A stretch of DNA of 51,970 bases from Treponema sp. (GTDB taxonomy: Bacteria > Spirochaetota > Spirochaetia > Treponematales > Breznakiellaceae): positions 1 to 51,970 of the forward strand of contig JAISOX010000031.1 in the NCBI GenBank assembly GCA_031275325.1. Reading direction: 5' to 3'. This document shows positions 9,309 through 18,197 of this stretch, in pieces. The notes under the pieces were generated by a model that ran no database searches, was not told the origin of the DNA, and saw only the letters and a program-made list of their open reading frames with translations. Position 1 is the first letter of the stretch, and each line of letters begins with the position of its first letter. The position numbers and the translations under genes were made by a program.

Positions 9309-9788
9309 TTACGGCATCTTATTGCGAGCCATAATGCCTTGTTGCAACTGTTTAAGGGTTTCTTTCAGTTCCGTATCCTCAAAGGTATCATACAGGCTGG
9401 ATTCCCGTTCCTGGAGGGTTTCTTTAATTGCGCTCCCGCTCCCTGGTTCCGGCTCCAAGGGGTATTCCGGTACTTCCCGTTGCACAACCGGCCCTGGTTT
9501 ACGGCTCAACCGGAAGGAAATTCCCGTAATATCGGGAAACCGGCTCTGCAAGGCCCGGAGCAATTCCCGCTGTTTGGTTTGCAGGAGCTGAATCCACCCG
9601 GGATGATCCGCTTCAACCAGGAGTACATGCCGTTCCAGTTCCACAATCCGGGAATGGTCTACTGCAGCGGGAATTCTATGAGCCTTCACCACAGAAGCCC
9701 AGGAAGCAAACAGGTCCGCATACCCCTGGGCTTTATCCAGGGTCTTTTCGTCAAAAAAAAATGAGAGCAATTCCCCTGCTTTTTTCAT
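9309..9788 (-). CDS. DUF721 (DciA-like) domain protein
   Basis: 159 aa. HSRIVELERHVLLVEADHPGWIQLLQTKQRELLRAL resembles the DUF721 core from memory. The C-terminal half is acidic and low-complexity. Confidence 0.55.
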   Translation of the reverse strand: MKKAGELLSFFFDEKTLDKAQGYADLFASWASVVKAHRIPAAVDHSRIVELERHVLLVEADHPGWIQLLQTKQRELLRALQSRFPDITGISFRLSRKPGPVVQREVPEYPLEPEPGSGSAIKETLQERESSLYDTFEDTELKETLKQLQQGIMARNKMP

Positions 9789-9991
9789 ACCGCCATCTGA
9801 TTCCTTGCCTATACCAGCATAGCAGATTCGCCGGCTACTTCATACCCTCTTAAAAGTCATGGCCGGAGCCGTGCAATGATAAGAAAAACGCGGTTTTTAC
9901 GATAGACCTGCTCGAAAGGCGCAGCCCTTGTTAAGGGATCCTGAGGCTCAAGGCAAAGCCAGGGGGCAAGCGGGGTCCGGCGCATTTTTAG

Positions 9992-10180
9992 GCCAGGGCC
10001 TGAAGAAAAAAAGCCATGGCCTAAAGAAATAAAGCCAGGGCCTGAAGAAAAAAAGCCAGGGCCTGAAAAAATAAAGCCATGGCCTGAAGAAAAAAAGCCA
10101 TGGCCTGAGAAAATAAAGCCAGGGCCTAAAGAAAAAAAGCCATGGCCTAAAAGAATAAAGCCCTGGCCTAAAAAGAGGGA
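9992..10180 (+). repeat. 21-bp tandem array A (9 units): GCC(A/G)(T/G)GGCC core followed by an A-rich tract
   Basis: Units start at 9992, 10013, 10034, ... 10160. Examples are GCCATGGCCTGAAGAAAAAAA and GCCATGGCCTAAAGAAATAAA. There are no indels. Confidence 0.95.
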
Positions 10181-10316
10181 TGCCCCATGACGCCATTCCC
10201 CTGCCTCAGCGGAATCCCGCTCCTTCGCAGCGGAGTAAAAGCCCGGCGGCCTTTCAGGGGCAAAAAGCCCGGCGGCCTTTTTGCGCTTCGCCGAAGGCAC
10301 GTTATCAAAGATACGC

Positions 10317-10345
10317 TCGACACTATACCCCTAACCTTTTATTAT
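10317..10345 (+). promoter_or_regulatory. Candidate sigma70-type promoter of the hybrid kinase gene
   Basis: TCGACA (10317-10322), 17-nt spacer, TATTAT (10340-10345). It is followed 2 nt later by the 14-mer ATAAAAACAGAGCA, which is shared with the ald promoter. Confidence 0.4.
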
Positions 10346-10381
10346 GTATAAAAACAGAGCAGACCTCACAGGAAGGGTGAA

Positions 10382-12796
10382 ATGAAGCGAGAGGAACCAA
10401 ACCTATTCGGGGATCCTTCTTTTGCATATACGCCGCAGGTATTGTCCTCCCAAGGGCAAGGCGCATTTTGGGAGTATGATCAAGCCGCAAACCGTATGTG
10501 CGTCTATGGGCATTCCTTTATTAAAGACATCTACGGCCTGGATGTTCCTTCCATTGCATACGATCTCGCGGTATATAGTGAAACCTTCTGCCCTGAGGAC
10601 CTTACCCCCTCTATGATGGATGAACTCAAAAGGGCTATGGTAAACCGGTTCGGATACGACCATAGCTACCCGGTGCTCAACCAGCGCCTGGGAACCTATC
10701 GGATGGTTCACGCGGCGGGTATCGTCCGTGACAGGGGACCGCAGCTTATGCTCTGCGGCTGTCTGCAGGATATACGGGAGAGCACTGGATTTGAACGGTG
10801 GAATAGCGTCAGTGCAGAGGTTAAAAAACATATCCGCAGTATCTTAAATATAACCCCCACGGCATGTATCATCTGGAATGATCGGTATCAGATTATTAAT
10901 TGCAATAACCAGGCCATTGCATTATTCCAATGCAGTTCAAAAGAAGCCTTATACCAGCGGTTCCCCGGCTTTTCTCCAGAATACCAGCCTGACGGCAGGA
11001 AGAGCAGTGAAAAACAGCGTGCCTATCTGCGGAAAGCCATGGAATCGGGGATGGAAGTCTATGACTGGCGGTACCAGCTCCATACCGGGGAAGATCTGCC
11101 CGCAGAAATTACCCTGGTGCGGTTATTCTGGGACGGCGGCTACTGTATCGCGAGCCATATCCGGGACCTTCGCCAATTCAAGCAGTATCTCACCACCATT
11201 GAACAAACCAAGGAAAAACTGATTGCCGCTCGTAACCGGGCGGAGGAAAGCGACCGGACCAAAAGCGAATTCCTGGCTAATATGAGCCATGAGCTCCGGA
11301 CCCCCATGCATGGGATTCTGGGCATGACGAAGCTGCTGCTCCAGAGCGAGATGACCGAAAAGCAGCGCTTTTATAGTACCACCATTGACCAGTCTGCCAA
11401 GCAATTATTGCGTATCATCAACGATATTCTTGATTTCTCGCTCATTAACGAGGGTAAGCTCTCTTTTGAGCACGTCCCCTTCTCTTTACAGCAGATTTTG
11501 GGGGAGGTGATTGATTCGGTACTGCCGCGCCTCCACGGCCTTACCATGACCTTTGTCCAAGAACCGGGTATCCCGGATACCCTTGTGGGGGACCCCCTGC
11601 GGCTCACCCAGATTCTGGTGAAACTCCTGGATAATGGGATCAAATTTACCAAACAGGGAGGCGTCTCTTTAAAGGTCTACACGGACAAGTCCCTGGAACG
11701 CGGCCAGGTGAAGCTCGGTTTTTCCATAAGCGATACAGGTATCGGGATGAGCGAAGAGCAAATAGCCCGGGTGTTTATCCCCTTTTCCCAGGTCGATTCC
11801 TCCCTTACCCGCAGGTATGGCGGAACCGGTCTGGGGCTTACGATCTGTAAAAACCTGGTTACCCTCATGGGCGGTTCCATTGCGTGTGAAAGCGTTGTGG
11901 GCGAGGGTACTACGGTTACGTTTACCGGATGTTTCGGTAAAGCCTCGCCTCAGGAATTGCCGGTCTATCACCGGGTCGCGGGAAAGCGCGTTTTTGCCTT
12001 GATGGATGATACGCAGGAGTATGCGGCCTTGCGCGTGCAATGCCAGATCCTTGGCTGCAATCTTCTGGGGTATAGCACAGACAAGGATACGTGGGAACAG
12101 GCCCTCCCCCTGGCGCTTGATGTACTGCTGATTTCCTGGGCAGCGTTGCACGCGCATATCCAAGAGGCCATAAAACGGTGGAAAGCTTTGCTCCAGGGTA
12201 CATCAAGACCATGTCTCTTGATTCTCGTGAAGGATCAGGAGGATCAGGCCTTTATCACTGCCTTGGATGCATCCTGTCAGGTTTTATATAAACCGGTCCG
12301 TATCGCTTCCCTCTACAGTCATATTGATGCCCTCTTGAGCGTGGTTTCTGAGCAGGAGGCCGCGCCCCCCGTAACCGGAGGGGATCCTATACCGGTGATT
12401 CCCGACCAGATCCGAGGCGCCTATGTACTCTTAGTAGAAGACAACGAGATTAACCAGATCATGTCCAGTGAACTGCTTACCCTGGAAGGGTTTAAGGTGG
12501 ATATTGCTTCCAATGGCCAGGAAGCAGTTGAAATGGTAGCCCAGCATGACTACGATATTGTGCTCATGGATATTCAGATGCCTGAAATGGACGGGTTGAC
12601 CGCGACCCGCATCATCCGGCAAAGCGCCAATACCATTCCAATCCTTGCCTTGACCGCTCATACCTTAGCCCTGGACCGGGAAAAGAGCCTTGAGGCAGGG
12701 ATGAACGATCATATTACCAAGCCCATTGATCATAACCTGTTGTTTAGCGCGATGGCCCGCTGGGTTCGTCCTCATCCCCGGAAACTTCATGGGTAG
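10382..12796 (+). CDS. Hybrid sensor histidine kinase/response regulator (PAS-HisKA-HATPase-REC)
   Basis: SEFLANMSHELRTPMHGILGM is the H-box. DTGIGMSEEQ...RRYGGTGLGLTICK are the G-boxes. The C-terminal receiver is VLLVEDNEINQ...IVLMDIQMPEMDG...KP. Confidence 0.93.
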   Translation: MKREEPNLFGDPSFAYTPQVLSSQGQGAFWEYDQAANRMCVYGHSFIKDIYGLDVPSIAYDLAVYSETFCPEDLTPSMMDELKRAMVNRFGYDHSYPVLNQRLGTYRMVHAAGIVRDRGPQLMLCGCLQDIRESTGFERWNSVSAEVKKHIRSILNITPTACIIWNDRYQIINCNNQAIALFQCSSKEALYQRFPGFSPEYQPDGRKSSEKQRAYLRKAMESGMEVYDWRYQLHTGEDLPAEITLVRLFWDGGYCIASHIRDLRQFKQYLTTIEQTKEKLIAARNRAEESDRTKSEFLANMSHELRTPMHGILGMTKLLLQSEMTEKQRFYSTTIDQSAKQLLRIINDILDFSLINEGKLSFEHVPFSLQQILGEVIDSVLPRLHGLTMTFVQEPGIPDTLVGDPLRLTQILVKLLDNGIKFTKQGGVSLKVYTDKSLERGQVKLGFSISDTGIGMSEEQIARVFIPFSQVDSSLTRRYGGTGLGLTICKNLVTLMGGSIACESVVGEGTTVTFTGCFGKASPQELPVYHRVAGKRVFALMDDTQEYAALRVQCQILGCNLLGYSTDKDTWEQALPLALDVLLISWAALHAHIQEAIKRWKALLQGTSRPCLLILVKDQEDQAFITALDASCQVLYKPVRIASLYSHIDALLSVVSEQEAAPPVTGGDPIPVIPDQIRGAYVLLVEDNEINQIMSSELLTLEGFKVDIASNGQEAVEMVAQHDYDIVLMDIQMPEMDGLTATRIIRQSANTIPILALTAHTLALDREKSLEAGMNDHITKPIDHNLLFSAMARWVRPHPRKLHG

Positions 12797-12814
12797 GGTC
12801 TGGCCGAAACTGCC

Positions 12815-13618
12815 TTAAAAAAAGAAATGGGTCCCATACTGATCAACCAAGATCAGGATCCCCAGGACCCCAACGTACAGGGCAAAGCCCCAGAGGGATC
12901 CTTTCCGAACGAGATTGAGCATACCCTGTATTGAAAAAAATCCCACTACCCCTGCAGTCAGGGTTCCGGCTATGAGGTTTGCAGCGCCAATACCCTCTGT
13001 ACCGCCTGAGGCGTTTCCCAGCGCAGCCGGGACTTGTAAAACCAGGGCGCCCAGGATTGCCGGGATGGAAAGGAGAAAGGAGAAGCGAGCGGCAAAATTC
13101 CGGTCCACTTTTCGGGAAAGCGCAGCGGAAAGGGTGGCCCCTGAACGGGATAGCCCCGGAATGATCGCCACCCCCTGAAGGAATCCGATGATGACCGCAT
13201 CGTTCCACTGCAGGGTTCTTTCCGTTTTGGTCATGCCCGGTCTTTTGGACAATCGGTCGGCGATGATGAGGAGCAGCCCGGTACTCAGAAAGGCAAAACC
13301 CAGAAAGGCCGCGGACGCAAAAATTGCCTCAATGAGGTCCTTAAAAACCAGGGCAATAAGGACCGTAGGCAGGGTGGCCGCTATAAGGAGGCTGGTGAGT
13401 CTCTGTATAGGATGGCGCAGGATATTCCAGATATCCGCCCATAACACGATAAAAACCGCGGCCAAGGTACCTACATGGACCATGGTATCGAATAAAAGCG
13501 CGGGTTCTGTTATATCGAAGATTTTCTGGAGAAGCACCAGATGGCCTGAACTGCTTACCGGTAAGAATTCGGTGATACCCTGGACTGCGCCCAGAATTAT
13601 GGCCTCAAATATACTCAT
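12815..13618 (-). CDS. uppP: Undecaprenyl-diphosphate phosphatase
   Basis: MSIFEAIILGAVQGITEFLPVSSSGHLVL... is the BacA/UppP signature. The protein is polytopic and 267 aa long. Confidence 0.93.
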   Translation of the reverse strand: MSIFEAIILGAVQGITEFLPVSSSGHLVLLQKIFDITEPALLFDTMVHVGTLAAVFIVLWADIWNILRHPIQRLTSLLIAATLPTVLIALVFKDLIEAIFASAAFLGFAFLSTGLLLIIADRLSKRPGMTKTERTLQWNDAVIIGFLQGVAIIPGLSRSGATLSAALSRKVDRNFAARFSFLLSIPAILGALVLQVPAALGNASGGTEGIGAANLIAGTLTAGVVGFFSIQGMLNLVRKGSLWGFALYVGVLGILILVDQYGTHFFF

Positions 13619-13957
13619 AGTTTACCATACCAATTATGGCAGAAACAGAACAAGGGCAATGGAGGGGATTGCAGCATAGATCCATAGAAAACTTCCGGTG
13701 GATTTTGGTCGCCCCCTTCCTATGCCCTGGACGGTAACCTGCAAAAGGCCGGTTCGTTCCAGGGGACTGTTTTTTATGGGACTTCACCCTGCTTGTAAAG
13801 ATGAGGAACCCAGGGTCAGCGGGGTCAAAAGGTAATACCGGGCGAGTCAAGAGTTGTACCGAACAGATCAAAAGGTATAACGAACAGGTCAAAGGTTTCT
13901 ATGGATTGACCGGCAGTACTGTCCGGGATATGCTTACCCTGCATAGGATCCGAGGTT

Positions 13958-14341
13958 GTGGTAAAAATTGTATGTAAACTTCCTGCGTTGTTTATAAGCG
14001 GGATGATTTGGTTTCTCTCATCTCAGAGGGTACTTCCTGTTCCCAAGGGTATTTTGGGGTTTGATAAGGTTCAGCACCTGCTTGCCTATGGGGCGCTTGC
14101 AGGGGCCCTGGGATTGTGGTTTTCTCTGAACCAATGGAAAAAGAAGCCCTTCAGATGCATGGTATGGGTTATGAGTATTGCCGCCGTCTATGGGATTAGT
14201 GACGAGATACATCAGGCTTTTGTACCAGGCCGGGACTGTAATGTGTGGGACTGGCTTGCAGATACCCTAGGGGCTGTCATAGGGGCAGGACTGGTCATGG
14301 TAAGCGCCCGGAAGCTGGAACCAATCCCTCCCGGATCCTGA
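13958..14341 (+). CDS. VanZ-family membrane protein
   Basis: FDKVQHLLAYGALAGAL ... ISDEIHQAFVPGRDCNVWDWLADTLGAVIG are VanZ motifs. The start is GTG and is uncertain. Confidence 0.75.
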   Translation: MVKIVCKLPALFISGMIWFLSSQRVLPVPKGILGFDKVQHLLAYGALAGALGLWFSLNQWKKKPFRCMVWVMSIAAVYGISDEIHQAFVPGRDCNVWDWLADTLGAVIGAGLVMVSARKLEPIPPGS

Positions 14342-14390
14342 GAGCTGGCGGCCTCCCTTGCTCTAAGGCTTCTCTTAGAGGGGCGCTGTT

Positions 14391-14419
14391 TTTGCTTTCT
14401 TGTCTGCTTTGTAGTATAA
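14391..14419 (+). promoter_or_regulatory. Candidate sigma70-type promoter of ald
   Basis: TTGCTT (14391-14396), 17-nt spacer, TATAAT (14414-14419). The 14-mer ATAAAAACAGAGCA follows at 14421-14434. Confidence 0.45.
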
Positions 14420-14493
14420 TGATAAAAACAGAGCACGTACTATGCATCTCCCCGCAAGGGTTCTATAGATCATTATTTTCCAGGAGACAGAAC

Positions 14494-15609
14494 ATGAAAA
14501 TCGGGACAGTTAAAGAAATCAAGAACCATGAATACCGGGTCGGTTTAACGCCAAAAGCTGCGGAGGCTTACAAAAACCATGGGCATACGGTATTGGTTCA
14601 AAAAGGCGCTGGAGAAGGTTCAGGTTATCCTGACGAGTACTATGTGGCGGCAGGTTGTAAACTGGCGGATCGGGCTGAAGATGTATTTGGTGAAAGCGAC
14701 ATGATTGTCAAGGTGAAAGAGCCATTGCAAGCAGAATACCCGCTCATCCGGGCAGGGCAAATTCTGTTTACCTACCTCCATTTGGCTCCGGATCGTCCCC
14801 AGACTGAAGCGCTTTTACGCCAGAAATGTATCGGCGTGGCCTTTGAGACCATCAAAGACCGGAAGGGCGCGTTGCCCTGCCTCAAGCCTATGAGTCAGAT
14901 TGCAGGATGCCTGGCGATCCAGGAAGGGGCCAAATACCTTGAGCGGCCCTTCGGCGGTAAAGGGGTTCTCTTGTCAGGAGTACCAGGGGTTCCTGCTGCA
15001 GAAGTGATTGTATTAGGCGCAGGGATCGTGGGGGCCAATGCCGTAAAAATCGCCGCAGGCTTTGGCGCCCATGTAACAGTGGTGGATATTGATCTTGACC
15101 GTCTTGAGTACCTCGAAGATATCTATGGCAATAGGATCAGTACCGTGTACTCCACCCCTGAAAACATTGATGAACTTCTGCCCAAAGCGGACCTGGTTAT
15201 CGGCGCGGTGCTTATTCCCGGTTCAGCCACCCCAAAACTCATTCGCGAAAAGCACTTGAAAACCATGCAAAAAGGTGCGGTCATCGTAGATGTGGCTATT
15301 GATCAAGGGGGGTGCAGCGAGGTAAGCCGGGTAACTTACCATGATGATCCGGTCTTTATCAAAGACGGGGTGGTCAATTACTGTGTGGGGAATATGCCGG
15401 GAGCAGTGGCCAATACCTCAACCAATGCGCTGGTAAACGCGAATCTGCGCTATGGTCTTTCGATTGCAGACTTGGGACTTGAAGGGGCGCTTAAAAAAGA
15501 TGCGGGCCTGCTTGAGGGCTTAAATGTGTATAAGGGTACGCTCACGTACAAAGGCGTTGCAGAAGCCCATGGCTTGCCTTATACGCCCGCGACAGAGGCG
15601 TTGCGGTAA
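14494..15609 (+). CDS. ald: Alanine dehydrogenase
   Basis: MKIGTVKEIKNHEYRVGLTP... has the typical Ald N-terminus. The NAD fold is VIVLGAGIVGANA. The start is ATG 14494 with AGGAGA upstream. The longer track ORF is an artefactual extension. Confidence 0.93.
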   Translation: MKIGTVKEIKNHEYRVGLTPKAAEAYKNHGHTVLVQKGAGEGSGYPDEYYVAAGCKLADRAEDVFGESDMIVKVKEPLQAEYPLIRAGQILFTYLHLAPDRPQTEALLRQKCIGVAFETIKDRKGALPCLKPMSQIAGCLAIQEGAKYLERPFGGKGVLLSGVPGVPAAEVIVLGAGIVGANAVKIAAGFGAHVTVVDIDLDRLEYLEDIYGNRISTVYSTPENIDELLPKADLVIGAVLIPGSATPKLIREKHLKTMQKGAVIVDVAIDQGGCSEVSRVTYHDDPVFIKDGVVNYCVGNMPGAVANTSTNALVNANLRYGLSIADLGLEGALKKDAGLLEGLNVYKGTLTYKGVAEAHGLPYTPATEALR

Positions 15610-15751
15610 CTACCTAAACCACGTTTTCATAGCCTTGTCTTATGAGGGGTTTGCAGAGGGGCTGCCCCTTTCACAAGGCCCGCTGCCTTTTTGGGTAGCG
15701 GTTTACCCCCGGATAGGGGATTTTTATGGTTGAGGCAGTTTCAAAACTCGG

Positions 15752-17134
15752 TTACTTGAGTTTAGTCCTGGAAGGAATAGGATCCCTATCCCTATCATCA
15801 ATAGCGCCGAGATAACGCTTGGTTTCCTTCACAATGAGGTTACTCAACAGCAGTACCGCCACCAAGTTGGGAATGGCCATGAGGGCGTTTAGGGCATCGG
15901 CTATATCCCATACCAGATCCAGGGCAACCATAGAACCAACAAAGGTAACGATCACATAAAGGAACCGGTAGGGGATGTTGATTTTGGAGCCGAACAGGTA
16001 TTCTGCACAGCGCTCGCCATAATAGGACCAGCCCAGGATCGTGGAAAACGCAAAGGTTATCAAGCCAAAGGTAAGCACCACCGTACCGAGCAAGGGGATC
16101 TGATCAAAGGCTGCATGGGTAAGCACGCCGCCATTAATGGTCGCGCTGTCTATGGAAGGATTGGCAATCACCGAACTGACAATCACCAAGCTCGTGATAG
16201 CGCAAACTACCACCGTATCCCAGAAGGTGCCTGTGCTTGAAACCAGCGCCTGACGCACGGAATTACGGGTTTGGGCTGCGGCAGCCACAATAGGCGCGGA
16301 ACCCATACCGGATTCATTGGAAAAAAGGCCCCGGGCAATCCCATACCGGGCAGCGCTCATCACCCCCGCGGCAATAAACCCGCCTCCTGCGGCCCTGGCT
16401 GAAAACGCGGAACTGCAAATTTCCTTGATTGCCGGAATAATATAAGCATGATGGATCCCCAGAATGATGAGACACCCCAGGACATAGAGGAGCGCCATGA
16501 GCGGTACTAAGCGGATACATACACTGGTGATCCATTTGATGCCTCCAAGCAAAACCAGGCCCACCAGTAAGGACATGGTTATGCCGGGAATCCACAAGGG
16601 AACATGAAAGGTTTCATTGATGAGGGAAGCCACTGCATTGGCCTGCACCCCGTTTCCGATACCAAAGGCCGCAAAAGCCGTAAAAGCCGCAAATAGAACC
16701 GCCAGCCATTTCATTTTGAGTCCCCGTTCCAGGGCATACATGGCCCCGCCCAGCATGGCACCGCTTTCGGTTTTCACCCGGAACTTCACCGCAATGAGGG
16801 ACTCTGCATACTTGGTTGCTATACCGAACACGCCGGTAAGCCACATCCACAAAACCGCTCCGGGACCTCCCAGGGCAATGGCAGTCCCCACCCCGATGAT
16901 ATTACCCGTCCCAATCGTTGAAGCAAGAGCCGTGGTCAGGGCGCCGAATTGGGAGACATCCCCTGCGCCGTCAATGTCTTTTGTAACTGATAACTTAATG
17001 CCCAGACCCAACTTACGCTGAATAAATCCGGTTCGTATGGTCATAAACAGATGGGTACCAAACAACAAAACCAACAACCACGGCCCCCATAGATACCCGT
17101 CAACCATTTTTACGAAAGCGCCAAATTGTTCCAT
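15752..17134 (-). CDS. Alanine/glycine:cation symporter (AGCS family)
   Basis: 460-aa polytopic protein. LWGPWLLVLLFGTHLFMTIRTGFIQRKL and GLFSNESGMGSAPIVAAAAQT are typical of sodium:alanine symporters. Confidence 0.9.
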   Translation of the reverse strand: MEQFGAFVKMVDGYLWGPWLLVLLFGTHLFMTIRTGFIQRKLGLGIKLSVTKDIDGAGDVSQFGALTTALASTIGTGNIIGVGTAIALGGPGAVLWMWLTGVFGIATKYAESLIAVKFRVKTESGAMLGGAMYALERGLKMKWLAVLFAAFTAFAAFGIGNGVQANAVASLINETFHVPLWIPGITMSLLVGLVLLGGIKWITSVCIRLVPLMALLYVLGCLIILGIHHAYIIPAIKEICSSAFSARAAGGGFIAAGVMSAARYGIARGLFSNESGMGSAPIVAAAAQTRNSVRQALVSSTGTFWDTVVVCAITSLVIVSSVIANPSIDSATINGGVLTHAAFDQIPLLGTVVLTFGLITFAFSTILGWSYYGERCAEYLFGSKINIPYRFLYVIVTFVGSMVALDLVWDIADALNALMAIPNLVAVLLLSNLIVKETKRYLGAIDDRDRDPIPSRTKLK

Positions 17135-17338
17135 AGCTTTCTCCTTTCCAAAGTAATGAAATTATTCATGTTGACTATAGGGTGTTCTTGGGTACCTGTC
17201 AAGAATTTTATATTTTAGACCGGTTCGATCCAAAGGCGCGGAATCCATAGGCCAACTAAAAACTAACATAATCCTCATCATATTTTAACCCTGTTTGTAT
17301 AGGTTTGAGTCAATCTTACTGTTATAGAGGAGAATATA

Positions 17339-18187
17339 ATGCATCGTAAACGGATAGGAGCGGCCCTTTGTTTTGCCGCAGTTTGCCTTGGGCCGGTTTT
17401 TGCCGGAGGATCGAAAGACCGCGGTACGCCAAGCCCTGAAGCACAGGCCGTGCCTTACACCATTGAAGTAGCGGGATCCACCTCAGTTACCCCGTTGATG
17501 GAGCTTTTAGCCGGGGATTACGCCCGGGTACGGAGTAATGTGAAGATCAACATCAACGGTACAGGCTCTTCCGACGGTATCAATGCCGCAGCTGCAGGAA
17601 CCAGTGAGGTAGGGATGTCCAGCCGGGAACTGAGCCCTGTAGAAAAAGGAGCGGGCCTTAGGGAATTGGTCATCGCCATAGACGGTATCGCGGTGATCGT
17701 CCATGGGACTAACCCGTTGACAGGACTTTCTATAGCCCAGTGCCGGGATATTTACTCAGGCAGGATACAGGATTGGAGCGAAGTTACTCAGGGAAAACAG
17801 GGAAAAATTGCCGTGGTTTCCCGGGAGCCTGGGTCTGGAACCAGAGGGGCCTTTGAGGAGCTTATTGCGCTTAAAGACCAACTGGTACCTGGGGCCATTG
17901 AGTTTGACGGAACCGGCGCGGTAAAGGCTGAAGTCTCCCGGAATGTGGATGCTATCGGGTACATTTCCCTGGGTTCGGTGGATAGTTCGGTAAAACCTCT
18001 GGCCATTGAAGGGGTCGCGGCCAACAGCGGCAACGTGATCAATGGCGCCTACAAGATTGCCCGTCCCTTTATCCTGCTCACCAAAAGCACGTCTGTACAC
18101 CAGGAAACCCAGCGGTTTCTGGAGTGGATCCTGTCTCCTGCAGGGCAGAGCATCGTCAAAAAAAGCTGGATTTCCGTAAAGGGTTAA
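17339..18187 (+). CDS. pstS: Phosphate ABC transporter substrate-binding protein
   Basis: Signal peptide followed by GSTSVTPLMELLAGDY...NGTGSSDGI... (PstS/PBP type). It is the first gene of the pstSCAB-phoU string. Confidence 0.9.
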   Translation: MHRKRIGAALCFAAVCLGPVFAGGSKDRGTPSPEAQAVPYTIEVAGSTSVTPLMELLAGDYARVRSNVKININGTGSSDGINAAAAGTSEVGMSSRELSPVEKGAGLRELVIAIDGIAVIVHGTNPLTGLSIAQCRDIYSGRIQDWSEVTQGKQGKIAVVSREPGSGTRGAFEELIALKDQLVPGAIEFDGTGAVKAEVSRNVDAIGYISLGSVDSSVKPLAIEGVAANSGNVINGAYKIARPFILLTKSTSVHQETQRFLEWILSPAGQSIVKKSWISVKG

Positions 18188-18197
18188 GGGACAAATC

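Noticed and set aside
9857-10300. Track ORFs that read through the repeat arrays: 9857..10300, 9948..10196, 34223..34549 (GHGF[IF]FS heptads), 42369..42647 (CSE-rich) and 24558..24767
   Set aside because: Any 21-bp array leaves periodic open frames. These ORFs have weak or alternative start codons, no SD and no non-repeat domain. I cannot exclude translation, but I do not call them genes.
13605-13892. 95-aa minus-strand ORF in the uppP/vanZ intergenic region
   Set aside because: It has no RBS and no recognisable motifs, overlaps the uppP start and spans the 21-bp doublet. It is probably non-coding promoter DNA.
17215-17240. tRNA-like GGTTCGATCC string
   Set aside because: The flanking bases do not form a T-stem, and no acceptor or anticodon arms can be drawn. 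It lies in the agcS/pstS divergent promoter region.
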